IMG/VR virus record: IMGVR_UViG_3300005529_000023
Location: 96,001 to 160,000 of that record
DNA from: a virus
Reading direction: 5' to 3' (one strand)
DNA length: 64,000 nucleotides
The notes below the pieces were generated by a model. It did no database searches. It was not told where the DNA came from and worked only from the letters and a program-made list of their open reading frames with translations. This document shows positions 26,787 to 36,278 of the stretch, piece after piece; position 1 is the first letter of the stretch, and the number at the start of each line of letters is the position of its first letter. Position numbers and translations under genes: made by a program.

Positions 26787-28248
26787 TTTTCTTCTCCTTC
26801 TTTTCGGCCATCATTATGCCGAGATTGTCGTTACCAGTTGAAAACGGTCCAGTACCAGTCATCTTGCGCAGACTTTTTTCGGCCCTGAGCGACTTGCTGA
26901 GAGCTAAAGTCCTACCGATTGCGTCAATTTCTCCCTTTGTAAGATGGGGAAGACGCTCTTGCATGAACTTGACGAACTGCTCGCGCTTTTCCCATTTCTG
27001 GTACTCTTCTTCCGCGCGAGCAAACCATTGCGACTTTTCTAGCTTTGGCTTGATCTGCTTCATCTCTTTGAGCGCTACTTTGGCATGTCGGCGTGCCATT
27101 TCTTTCGAACCATGGCCGGCGCTAGATGGCTGCCTGATGTGAGTTCCCATTACGCTAGTTCCACCCTTGGGATTGGAAGCGGGAGCCATATGTACGCCCT
27201 TGATGTTTTTGTCGAGATCTTCTTTTGCTAGAGCAGCACCTTGTGTAAGTTCTGAAGGCGCAGCTAGACCAGATCCTGCATCGAGGGCTTTGTGAAGAGT
27301 TGGCGCAAGTCTGGTTTGTTTTCTTTCAGCGGTACCAGCTGCCTGCATGTGAAGTTTCATCTTGTCTACGTGGTGAGCGCCAAGCTTAGGGTCTTTGGCT
27401 TTTCCAGCGGCAGCATGATGAAAGCCAGCAGCTTCCGTGTGGTCTTGGCTAGAAAACCCATGGTATTCATGAATTTTTGCGTGAGTGAAAACTTTCTTGC
27501 CTGACTTCGTAGTACCCATGTGAAGACCGGGGTTGCTAGTTGGCGATGCAATCGCAGGAGTATGCGCTTTTGGAGCAGCAGGAGGAACTTGGCCAGTTGT
27601 AGTCAGAGATTTTTGTATATCTTCTTGTTTCACTAGTTCTACGTAAGAAGGTTGAGAGAACTGAAACAGCTCAATCTCAGTCGATTCAGTCTTAAACAGT
27701 TCATTTATGTCTTTTGGCTTTCTTGGAGGCATGATTTCAGCAACCGCTGTCTTGTTACAGGGAGTCACAGTAATCGTGACTTTGCGGGCGATAGAACGAG
27801 GAATATCCATTCCCTTCTTTTCGATTCTTGCGCCTTCGATAGAGAAATTATTTACGTAAGCCTGATTCTGGCCCTTTTTGTCATGATCATAACGGAACTT
27901 TCCAGCCAAATCGCGAGCTGCGTCTGTGTAGTCATCAAATAGTTCACCCATCACATATAAGTAGGGAGTTTCGATTTTGCGCCAGAATTTCAATTGATGA
28001 TCGTCGTCGCAGTCTTCTTCTTTGAAGATCTTCTTAGCCTTAAGAATTTTTCCAACAACCATTGCAGGAACTTTGATTTGCAATTCTACGGGCCTACCAT
28101 CTTTATCTGGTACTTTTCCAGTTTCATGTTCAAAGTTGAATACTCCATCTTTTTCAAGACTTGAGATATCCATTCCAGCAATTGAAATACGTTCACCCGA
28201 ACTGTCAATGTTTTCTGAGGCAGCGATGCCGTGAATGAAAGTACTCAT
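26776..28248 (-). CDS. Prohead (head maturation) protease with long C-terminal extension
   Basis: FIHGIAASENIDSSGE, FNFEH, NFSIEGAR, VTITVTPCNKTA (HK97/U35-type His/Ser motifs). Confidence 0.85.
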   Translation of the reverse strand: MSTFIHGIAASENIDSSGERISIAGMDISSLEKDGVFNFEHETGKVPDKDGRPVELQIKVPAMVVGKILKAKKIFKEEDCDDDHQLKFWRKIETPYLYVMGELFDDYTDAARDLAGKFRYDHDKKGQNQAYVNNFSIEGARIEKKGMDIPRSIARKVTITVTPCNKTAVAEIMPPRKPKDINELFKTESTEIELFQFSQPSYVELVKQEDIQKSLTTTGQVPPAAPKAHTPAIASPTSNPGLHMGTTKSGKKVFTHAKIHEYHGFSSQDHTEAAGFHHAAAGKAKDPKLGAHHVDKMKLHMQAAGTAERKQTRLAPTLHKALDAGSGLAAPSELTQGAALAKEDLDKNIKGVHMAPASNPKGGTSVMGTHIRQPSSAGHGSKEMARRHAKVALKEMKQIKPKLEKSQWFARAEEEYQKWEKREQFVKFMQERLPHLTKGEIDAIGRTLALSKSLRAEKSLRKMTGTGPFSTGNDNLGIMMAEKKEKKNES

Positions 28249-28250
28249 AT

Positions 28251-28706
28251 CTATAAGATTAACTTGTTGTTCTTTTTGCGATTCTCATCTGCGGATAAGT
28301 ACTGAAGATTCCAAGGAACATGTAGTCCACAAACATCTCTGCCACGTAAAGGAACTATGTGATCTACGTGAAAACCCACTGGACAACTGTCATATATCGC
28401 GGAAATCTCTTTCTCGAAATTCCCAATAGTAGCCTTGAGTTGGATAGCACGTCTTTTGGCTTGATTTATCCTATGTTTATGTTTTCTCACTGGATTCTGA
28501 AAATATTTTCTATCCAATTCCCTAAGTCTTTCTGAGTTATTTTCTTTCCATTTCTCTCGTCTTAACGAATATTTATCCTTATTTGGTTTGTAATAAATAT
28601 CTATAAAACAGGGCTTACAGACAGAAGTCCTTCCAAACTTTCCCTTCTTTTGCTTATTAAATTGATCAAGCTCTTTTTCTAAACCGCAATTTTTACAAAT
28701 TTTCAT
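28251..28706 (-). mobile_element. HNH homing endonuclease
   Basis: KICKNCG...CKPC; FHVDHIVPL...VCGLHVPWNLQYL...N..KNN; AT-rich. Confidence 0.88.
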
Positions 28707-28887
28707 ATGTAGAAGATTCGTTCTTGTGAATACGTAGTTAAAGAATTTACAAACTTGCATCATAAACTATCGTTTTTACACGATAAAGTTGATGAGCGAC
28801 ATTCTTTAACAGTATCGAGAAGTTAAGCCACTTAGGAAATAAGTGGAATAAATGTGTCACGACACAAAATACTAAGGAGAATTTACA

Positions 28888-29355
28888 ATGCCAAGTTCAA
28901 ATGCAAAAGCCGTAGCACTTGCTCGCGACCTAGCTGACAAGCTAGCTAAGCGTTATGCTGGTGGTTCTGGTCTAAATACAATCCGCCAAGCTTTCGATGC
29001 TAATGGCTGGCCAATGATTTTCGTTTCCCACGGTGGAAACGAAGCTGAAGGACAAGCAGTTGTTCTCATCCGTATCAAGGGTGTAGACGCTGTTTCGAAG
29101 GACATCTTCGGCAACGCAACGACTGCCTATGCTCCTCACACGCTTGAGTTGGCATATGAGCTTACTGCGACTTCGAACTGCCCAATTCCAACTCTCGCTG
29201 ACCTAGCTCAGGCTGAGTTCGAAGCTATCAAGACTGGCGTTCGTTACCAGCTTAAGGAAATTGCTAACGCTACTCAGGTTACTGAAGCGGCTATCAACGC
29301 AAAGTCTGCAGACGCGGATATCGACGAACTATACTGGCCAACGAAGTCTGTGTAA
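28888..29355 (+). CDS. Hypothetical head-module protein
   Basis: AAGGAG RBS; 155 aa; first gene of the scaffold-capsid operon. Confidence 0.75.
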   Translation: MPSSNAKAVALARDLADKLAKRYAGGSGLNTIRQAFDANGWPMIFVSHGGNEAEGQAVVLIRIKGVDAVSKDIFGNATTAYAPHTLELAYELTATSNCPIPTLADLAQAEFEAIKTGVRYQLKEIANATQVTEAAINAKSADADIDELYWPTKSV

Positions 29356-29379
29356 TTGGTTACGTAGGGAGAAACCACT

Positions 29380-30471
29380 ATGTATACCGAAACACAGCTT
29401 TCAAAGCTAATCGAGGACGTGGAAAAAGAATTCACGGCTCATTTGGCGAAGGCGGAGGAAGGCTTCAAAGTCTCTCTCGCTAAGTCAGAAGAAGCCAATG
29501 CTAATTCCGAACCTCTAGCTAAGGCTGAAGAAGGCGAAAAAAAGCCTCCTACAGAAAAAAAGCCTGAAGCTAAAGAAGGAAAGGAAGAAGGCAAGGAAGC
29601 CCCAAGTCACGATGGTAAGGAAGCTGCGCCAGCACCAGCTGAAGGCGAAAAGCCAGCAGAAGGCGCTCCAGCACCAGAAGCTAAGGAAGGCGCTCCAGCA
29701 CCAGCAGAAGGTGCTCCAGCTCCTGCACAAGGCGGAGACCAATGTGACTACGACGCGGAAGACTTGGAACACATGAGCAAAATGTACATGTCCATGTCTA
29801 AAGGTGAACTACTAGCTCACCACGACGCTGTCAGGAAGGCTTTAGATACAAAAGGAATGGGTGAACCCATGATGAAGTCTGAACTAAATGCTCATCCTGA
29901 TAATGCGCCAAAGCCAAAGGACAACGGTAAGTCGTTGGACAGCGATCCTGCCAACGGCGGAATTGTTGAACAGGCTCCTGACAATACGCCAGGTGCTAAG
30001 TCCGAAGCTAGCGGCCCAGCAGGTAAGAAGCCAAAGAAGGCTCCTGACTCTAAACGCAATGGTGGAGAAGAAGAGGGTCAAGAACCCCACGGCTCCCCAG
30101 GCGCTAAGTCGGAAGCTAGCAAGGCGGAAGGAAATCAAATGGAAAAGTCAGAAGTAGAACTAGTGAAGGCAGAACTCGATGCTGAGAAGGCCAAGAATGT
30201 AAGTCTTCAGAAGAACTTCGACGCAGTCCAGGTTTTTCTAACCAAGCTAGTTGAGAAGAAAGTTGCTCCAGCAGGTAAGGCTATTACCTCATTGGACGCT
30301 ATCACTAAGAGTGAAGGTATCGAAGAAAAGACCCTTACTAAGAGTGAGATCGATCAAATTCTTTTTAAGAAGTCCTCGGACCCTCTTCTAAAGAGTGAAG
30401 ATAGACAAGCAATCAACGCCTATTACCTAAATGGGGCAGGCATTAACAGTATCAGCCATTTGCTCAAATAA
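29380..30471 (+). CDS. Capsid scaffolding-like protein
   Basis: Immediately upstream of the major capsid gene; charged, low complexity; APAPAEG repeats; many LxK-S/A motifs. Confidence 0.7.
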   Translation: MYTETQLSKLIEDVEKEFTAHLAKAEEGFKVSLAKSEEANANSEPLAKAEEGEKKPPTEKKPEAKEGKEEGKEAPSHDGKEAAPAPAEGEKPAEGAPAPEAKEGAPAPAEGAPAPAQGGDQCDYDAEDLEHMSKMYMSMSKGELLAHHDAVRKALDTKGMGEPMMKSELNAHPDNAPKPKDNGKSLDSDPANGGIVEQAPDNTPGAKSEASGPAGKKPKKAPDSKRNGGEEEGQEPHGSPGAKSEASKAEGNQMEKSEVELVKAELDAEKAKNVSLQKNFDAVQVFLTKLVEKKVAPAGKAITSLDAITKSEGIEEKTLTKSEIDQILFKKSSDPLLKSEDRQAINAYYLNGAGINSISHLLK

Positions 30472-30499
30472 GCAGTGGAATTAACTAAGGAGAAGAAAA

Positions 30500-31897
30500 A
30501 TGATTGAACAACTTCAGTCACTAATGAAAGCTCTCGAAGCAGGTAGTTATAACGCTGCTCCAGGGCAACTTGCACAGGGCGCTGCCTTGATGGTTGAGGA
30601 TCTCTCGGCCGTCATGCAGAACGTCACATTTGATGACTCTCACATTAAGCTTCAGAAGATTCTTCCAAGCAAAGATGTGAAGTCTCAGCTACACCAATTC
30701 AACCGTCAGCTAGACTACGGTATCTTCGGTGGTTCCGCTCAGTTTGAAGGCGGAATCGGCGAAGAAGACACGAGCAACTACGTTCGTGCAGTAGTGCCTA
30801 TGGCATACTACAGCACGACTCGTCGTGTCACCGTTGCTGCTAACATGATCGGTGCATTCGACGGCGTTAAAGCCGAAGATCGCGCCGCTGCAGATGCAGC
30901 AATGAAGCTCGCGGGCGACATCGAATTTGACTGCTTCCGTGGTCAGAGCGATTTCTCGAACGCAGGTGTTTTCGATGGTAACCCTCTTGCCGTCGCAAAG
31001 CTTCCTAACATGATCGGTGTGGACCAACAGGTTCGTCAGTCCGATGCTCAACAGAACACTCAAGACCTGATGTTCGCTGAGTTCGGTTCTGATCAGACTG
31101 TTGTTCTCTCGGCAGGTGGAACTCTAACCCAGTCCATCATCGAGGACTCGTCTGTCCGTTCTGCAATGAACATGGGCGCTGCTGACCGTCTAATCCTAGA
31201 TCCAATCAGCCTCTCGGCCTATAACAAGATCGCGCACGCTAAGGAACGCATCATGCTCGCTGGCTCAGCCCAGGAAGCAACCGGCGCTCACCTTCGCACT
31301 CAGTGGACTTCCAGCGCAGTTGTATCCCTAGAAGCTTCGCGCTTCCTATCGGGTAAGACTCGCCCAGCTCGTCCACGTACCGGATCTCCATCGGCTCCTA
31401 CTGTCAGCCCAGCTGACGGTGGCGCAGCTGGATCGCTACTCCAGACAGGAACGTACACGTACTTCGTTACTTCCTGCTCGATGCGTGGCGAGTCGCTACC
31501 TTCGGCTTCTGCTTCGCAGGCAGTTACCGCAGGCGACAAGGTTGTTCTAACGATCACTGGTGCAGGCGCATACTTCAACGTCTATCGTTCGGACGTTGGT
31601 GGATCGGCCGCTTCGGCTAAGTTCATCGGCAAGGTCGCAGTCAATGCGGCTGGCACTGGTGCAACCTTCACCGACCTCGGCAATCGCCAGCCTGGTTCTG
31701 TCACTGGATTCCTAATCCAGGGCAACACTCTCGGCCTAGCTCAGCTTGCTCCTTACAGCAAGTTGAAGCTTGCGATCAGCGACCTCAGCTTGCCAGAAGC
31801 GCACTTCCGCTTCCTTTCGTTGGCTGCTTACCAGCCACGTAAGAACGTTCTCGTTGAGAACATCACTGGCCAGCTAAGCGCTAACTCTCAGAGCTAA
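30500..31897 (+). CDS. Major capsid protein (SPO1/Twort-like)
   Basis: 465 aa; N-terminal LMK-A processing-like site; GAALMVEDLS; Ig-like C-terminal insertion; strong codon bias; followed by a terminator. Confidence 0.9.
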   Translation: MIEQLQSLMKALEAGSYNAAPGQLAQGAALMVEDLSAVMQNVTFDDSHIKLQKILPSKDVKSQLHQFNRQLDYGIFGGSAQFEGGIGEEDTSNYVRAVVPMAYYSTTRRVTVAANMIGAFDGVKAEDRAAADAAMKLAGDIEFDCFRGQSDFSNAGVFDGNPLAVAKLPNMIGVDQQVRQSDAQQNTQDLMFAEFGSDQTVVLSAGGTLTQSIIEDSSVRSAMNMGAADRLILDPISLSAYNKIAHAKERIMLAGSAQEATGAHLRTQWTSSAVVSLEASRFLSGKTRPARPRTGSPSAPTVSPADGGAAGSLLQTGTYTYFVTSCSMRGESLPSASASQAVTAGDKVVLTITGAGAYFNVYRSDVGGSAASAKFIGKVAVNAAGTGATFTDLGNRQPGSVTGFLIQGNTLGLAQLAPYSKLKLAISDLSLPEAHFRFLSLAAYQPRKNVLVENITGQLSANSQS

Positions 31898-31920
31898 TCT
31901 GATAGTGACTTAAAATATTG

Positions 31921-31953
31921 AAGGCTCGGTACCGATGGTACCGGGCCTTTTTT
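31921..31953 (+). terminator. Intrinsic terminator after the major capsid gene
   Basis: AAGGCTCGGTACC-GAT-GGTACCGGGCCTT followed by TTTT. Confidence 0.85.
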
Positions 31954-31973
31954 ATTTGTGATATATCCTTGTT

Positions 31974-32654
31974 ATGTATATCCAAGGACTATCGATTGAT
32001 TGCATCTCTGACACGCATCGTCAACATGGCTGTCTCAGGCTCATGGGCGGAGACATTCTTATTTGTGCTGGCGACGTATCTTCTCGTGGATCATTGCCCG
32101 AGATCAAACAGTTCCTGGATTGGTTTGCCGACCAAGACTACAGTTACTTGATTCTCATTCCTGGAAACCACGACTTTGGCTTCGAGAAGTCTTGGGATTA
32201 CCTCAAACAGTATTGTGAAGATAAGGGCATTATTGTACTTAACGACTCTGGATGCGAAGTCGAAGGTATTAAAATATGGGGTAGCCCCATTCAACCTTGG
32301 TTCCATGACTGGGCTTTCAATCGTTGGCGTGGAGCGCCGATCAAGAAACATTGGGATCTCATACCAGAAGATACTGAAATTCTAATCACTCATGGACCTC
32401 CATACGGGATTCTCGATAGAACTCGTCACGGCGATATCGTGGGATGCAAAGATCTTCTTGAAAAAATCAAGAAAACCAAAATCAAACTGCACGTTTTTGG
32501 TCACATTCACGAAGGCGCTGGCTATCAGTACAAAGACGGTATTACGTATGTAAATGCGTCTGTTCTTGATGAGTACTATGGAGACCATGGTAAGGGAATA
32601 ATTCGTGTTATTAAGGACTTAGCCGGTGAGTACTTGGTTGAGAAGGAATCTTAA
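31974..32654 (+). CDS. Calcineurin-like metallophosphoesterase
   Basis: ISDTH, CAGD, PGNHD, LITHGPP, HVFGHIHE. Confidence 0.92.
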   Translation: MYIQGLSIDCISDTHRQHGCLRLMGGDILICAGDVSSRGSLPEIKQFLDWFADQDYSYLILIPGNHDFGFEKSWDYLKQYCEDKGIIVLNDSGCEVEGIKIWGSPIQPWFHDWAFNRWRGAPIKKHWDLIPEDTEILITHGPPYGILDRTRHGDIVGCKDLLEKIKKTKIKLHVFGHIHEGAGYQYKDGITYVNASVLDEYYGDHGKGIIRVIKDLAGEYLVEKES

Positions 32655-32704
32655 GGGTGATTCCCTACACATGCTGTGTAGGTTAAACCTTAATGGAGTT
32701 TAAA

Positions 32705-33055
32705 ATGGCATCTCAAGCAATGAAACAATCTTGGCTTCGTCGTCTGATTATCGCTCTCGCGGGCACTGACGCAGGCAACGGCGTCGCTAGCATGATCGAA
32801 AACGGAAACGCAATTTCTGCGGCTTCTGCTTTTGCAGTTCCTGCTGCAATCGTAGCTGCTCACACAAGCACTACAACTGACTTCGCAGCTCTCGCAGTAG
32901 GCGATCTCGTCGCGCACATCCCAGCAACCGCTGGCAACTCGCAGCTTCTTACAGTAGTTACCGCTGGAACGCTTCCAATTGCAGCAGTAGTTGGCGATCT
33001 GTATCTGGTGATTCGCGCATACGCTGCACCAGCCGCTCACGCATTTAAGCTATAA
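32705..33055 (+). CDS. Ala-rich putative virion (decoration-like) protein
   Basis: GGAG RBS; candidate late motif upstream; terminator downstream. Confidence 0.7.
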   Translation: MASQAMKQSWLRRLIIALAGTDAGNGVASMIENGNAISAASAFAVPAAIVAAHTSTTTDFAALAVGDLVAHIPATAGNSQLLTVVTAGTLPIAAVVGDLYLVIRAYAAPAAHAFKL

Positions 33056-33095
33056 GCTTTATCACTCATAACTATTCGTGGTTATGATCCTGCGC

Positions 33096-33130
33096 AGCCC
33101 CGCCAGATCCCTTTCTCTGGCGGGGTTTTA
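33096..33130 (+). terminator. Intrinsic terminator
   Basis: CCCCGCCAGA/TCTGGCGGGG stem followed by TTTTA. Confidence 0.75.
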
Positions 33131-33133
33131 TTT

Positions 33134-33362
33134 GCTGTGGGTCAGTCGCTACTCTGACTAGTGGGCCTTCAGCATAGATGCAGCCCAACGCCTGGGTTTG
33201 GCTTTTAAGGTTTACTTCGGGATGGCCTTATGACGCCCAAATCCACGTCATACCCGGTCTATTTTCGCTGCGTGTCTCTAGGAGCACCCCGGTAATTTCC
33301 AGGTATTTTAAAGTGCCTAGGCTTTCGCCACATGCTACTCCAGCTTTCCACGCCGCCACAGC
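33134..33362 (-). ncRNA. Oversized tRNA-shaped RNA (element B, 229 nt)
   Basis: Acceptor GCTGTGG/CCACAGC, CG linker, GCGTG...CACGC D-like stem with enlarged loop, T-like arm GTCAG/CTGAC; homologous to 22728..22878. Confidence 0.7.
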
Positions 33363-33403
33363 TATTCAAGATTTTACACTATTCGATTTATTTTGAATAG
33401 TGC

Positions 33404-34054
33404 TTAATATCGAATAGTGCCCAATTCGTCCAAAATTCCATCTAGTTGACGACGAACATTTTCGATGTCTTGATTGGCATCAACCAGGAAAAGCTTCTTA
33501 TAGCCAAGTTCCAAAGCCGACTCATTCATGTGGCGAAGGAAAGAGTCGCGAACCTTCTCCTGGAAAGGAACACCCTTCATTTCGATAACGTCCATGCCAG
33601 TTCCACGTTTTACGCGACGCGCAAGAGCGGTATCGGTATCGACCTTGAAGTAGATTACCACATCGGGAAGAAGAGTTCCCTTGCCAACAACGCCCTTATA
33701 AAGAGCTTCTGTGAACTCTTGATTGACGTTGTGATCGGTATATGCGAGATGGCTGAACCAACCGCGATCCGACACAACGAAGTCAGGAGCATCGGTCCTG
33801 GCGGACAGGTCTCGAAGCCAGCGATCATTCTCATAGCGCATCGCCGAGAAGATCAACTCCATAGCCTCACCGCAGAGGTGGCTATTTGGGTCAAGTACTG
33901 TTTCACGTAACTTCACGCAGATAGGAACATTGGGGTTTCCCACTTCGCGAGTTTCAACTACCGATAGGCCGCGTGCGCGTGCCTGATCAATAAAATACTT
34001 TAATCCCGTGGTCTTACCTGCGCCATCTGTGCCTTCAAACTCAATTTTAAGCAT
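33404..34054 (-). CDS. tmk: Thymidylate (dTMP) kinase
   Basis: IEFEGTDGAGKTT, TREVG, VVSDRGWFSHLAY, LPDVVIY. Confidence 0.92.
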   Translation of the reverse strand: MLKIEFEGTDGAGKTTGLKYFIDQARARGLSVVETREVGNPNVPICVKLRETVLDPNSHLCGEAMELIFSAMRYENDRWLRDLSARTDAPDFVVSDRGWFSHLAYTDHNVNQEFTEALYKGVVGKGTLLPDVVIYFKVDTDTALARRVKRGTGMDVIEMKGVPFQEKVRDSFLRHMNESALELGYKKLFLVDANQDIENVRRQLDGILDELGTIRY

Positions 34055-34128
34055 ATTTCTCCTTTTCCTTAAATGTCTTAAATACTTATAAAGACGTGAT
34101 ATTTCACGCTCATAAGGGACTTTGTTCC

Positions 34129-34137
34129 AATCTTTAA
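34129..34137 (+). promoter_or_regulatory. Representative copy of the candidate late-promoter motif AATCTT(T)WA
   Basis: Similar copies precede late genes at 3319, 5562, 6174, 21744, 28260(-), 32647, 38095, 43217, 44124, 49723, 50365, 56769 and 58955. Confidence 0.65.
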
Positions 34138-34168
34138 CTTAGAGTATACCCTATTTGGAGTAAAAACG

Positions 34169-34615
34169 ATGAGACTTTCCGCAAGACCCCTACTAAATTA
34201 CAATAGCGCGAATGACTATGACTACGCCAATCAGTGGACTATCAGAGCGGGTGATCCCAACATTCTCTACTTCCAATTAGTAGATTTAGATAAGATCCAA
34301 AACAATGTTCCACTTCGTTATATCGCGGGAGTGGGCGGTGGTAATCAACCCGATAGCATTGTAGTCACATTTCCTTCGATCGATGCCACCTTACAGTTTA
34401 CTGCCAACGCTACGCAAGATCCCAATGACGGTTCTATTTGGTCTATCACCCTAGACGGCACAAAAACTCCCCAAAGCGGAAGCGTGCGCTTTCAAGTTAC
34501 TGAAGGAACCAATATTCGCAAATTCACCGTCATGGCAATGATCGGCGTAGAGAGTCCAAACGACGGATGTGACGGTGGCATTCCAGACGCCAACACCTTC
34601 ACCTTCAATCCATAA
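34169..34615 (+). CDS. Hypothetical virion protein (Ig-like, beta-rich)
   Basis: GGAG RBS; late motif upstream; 148 aa. Confidence 0.75.
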   Translation: MRLSARPLLNYNSANDYDYANQWTIRAGDPNILYFQLVDLDKIQNNVPLRYIAGVGGGNQPDSIVVTFPSIDATLQFTANATQDPNDGSIWSITLDGTKTPQSGSVRFQVTEGTNIRKFTVMAMIGVESPNDGCDGGIPDANTFTFNP

Positions 34616-34624
34616 GAGGTTTAG

Positions 34625-35455
34625 ATGGCTAATTTCAACTATGTAAAAAGCTATGGTACAGCCATGTACCCTGTTCACGCTTTGGAGACTTCCGGTCTCT
34701 TAAAGCGTGTTGAGCCATTTCTCACGCCAGAACAGCTAGTAAGTCGTTTTCTGAAAGGTATTCCTCTCGCATTTCCAAATGGCGATGTATTCACGCCAGA
34801 AGATCTCAAAGACCGTCTTTATTTGGCTCAAAACGAAGCGGAGCTAAGACTCAAAACTACAATCACCCGCGAACTTCGCCAAGAAAAGCTACCATTCAAG
34901 TCCGAAGACTACAAAGCTTACATTCACCTTCAGGCAGAACAAGGTCCGCTTTGTACGATTCACCAGCTTGCCATTTTCAGTGCCGACAAGAACAATATTT
35001 TCGAAATCCCACCAGAATGGATTGAAACATCAAATTTCAGCAAGAGCTTGATCAACGTCATCCCTCTACTTGCGGCATACGGCGTCAATTCCGTACAGGG
35101 TGCGGTTGGCAATGCTGGTATCGCATTCCTTACCGTTATTGATGGTTTGAATTGGGTTCCTGCTTATTGGCAAATTCAGTACACAAGCGGATTATCGAAT
35201 CAAGAAGGTAAGGTACCAGCCATCGTTAACGAGTATATTGGCTGTATCGCGGCTATCGCAATTCTCAGTGAAATTGCGCCTAGTTTCATTTATAATAGCC
35301 AGAGTCAGACACAAGACGGCATTTCTCAGTCCTCAAGCGGTCCTGGCCCAAGAATTTACATGCTTCGCATCGAAGAACTTACCAAGAAACAAGACGACCT
35401 AGAACGAAAGATCAAAACTATCTTCAACCAGCGCTTTAAGATCGGAAACTTCTAA
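34625..35455 (+). CDS. Head-tail connector/adaptor-like protein
   Basis: Position after the capsid genes; LTPEQL..RFLKGI; ELRLKTTI; C-terminal SQSQTQDGISQSSS pattern typical of SPO1-like neck proteins. Confidence 0.65.
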   Translation: MANFNYVKSYGTAMYPVHALETSGLLKRVEPFLTPEQLVSRFLKGIPLAFPNGDVFTPEDLKDRLYLAQNEAELRLKTTITRELRQEKLPFKSEDYKAYIHLQAEQGPLCTIHQLAIFSADKNNIFEIPPEWIETSNFSKSLINVIPLLAAYGVNSVQGAVGNAGIAFLTVIDGLNWVPAYWQIQYTSGLSNQEGKVPAIVNEYIGCIAAIAILSEIAPSFIYNSQSQTQDGISQSSSGPGPRIYMLRIEELTKKQDDLERKIKTIFNQRFKIGNF

Positions 35456-35464
35456 GAGGTTTGT

Positions 35465-36277
35465 ATGGAAAGTACATTACTTGATCTAGTCAAAGCTGAA
35501 AACCCTGAGGCGTACAAAAAGATCGCTGAAAAGGGTTTGATGCTCGCATACCCAGCCACTATCAGAGGTAAGACTCATAGACCCGACATTGGCATGCGCT
35601 ATCACACTACAATCAAGATGTTCGATTCAGACAAGGAAACTCCAGAATCTGTCAGTGGCCATGTTGAAAAACTGGACTATCCTAGTATCGACCCAAGAAA
35701 AGTGAGGGTCTCTCCGGCCGTACTAAAAGATCGCTTCGGTAATGACACGTACGCGATCAAACTTCAAGGTGAACATGATTCTCACATCCAGGAGAATAGA
35801 AAGAAACTTCAACAGTTCGGTTATCCTGGACATAAAATTGATCACCCTTCTCACATCACGGTAGATAAAAAGACGTTTGATGAAGTCTTCGCGAAAAAGC
35901 CAACTACCGCCCATGAAGCCGGTATTACATGGGGTCCAGCAGAACTTCGTGCGGGACACAAGGTACTTGATATCTACCATTCCAAGGAAGAGTCACACGA
36001 GAAGTTAGCAGCTTCTGAAAAGCATCTAGACACTTCTTCCATTCGCACTCTTATCATTATCACCCCAGAGCTTCAGCCACACATGAAGGCTCTTGCTCTA
36101 GACGACAAGATTCTAAAAAACTATGTCGAAGATCATCCTGTTTTGGCTAAATCGCTAGTTGAAAGACAGGACAAAAGATTTGAACACCACTTTGGTGAAG
36201 ATATTGAACTCATCAACATCGCTTGGACAAGAGGTCTAGGCGAAGCATATAAAGTTTTGAATAACAGAGGAAAGTAA
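35465..36277 (+). CDS. 2H phosphoesterase-like protein (two HxT motifs) in the virion module
   Basis: RYHTTIKMF and PSHITVD, about 87 residues apart. Confidence 0.65.
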   Translation: MESTLLDLVKAENPEAYKKIAEKGLMLAYPATIRGKTHRPDIGMRYHTTIKMFDSDKETPESVSGHVEKLDYPSIDPRKVRVSPAVLKDRFGNDTYAIKLQGEHDSHIQENRKKLQQFGYPGHKIDHPSHITVDKKTFDEVFAKKPTTAHEAGITWGPAELRAGHKVLDIYHSKEESHEKLAASEKHLDTSSIRTLIIITPELQPHMKALALDDKILKNYVEDHPVLAKSLVERQDKRFEHHFGEDIELINIAWTRGLGEAYKVLNNRGK

Positions 36278-36278
36278 G

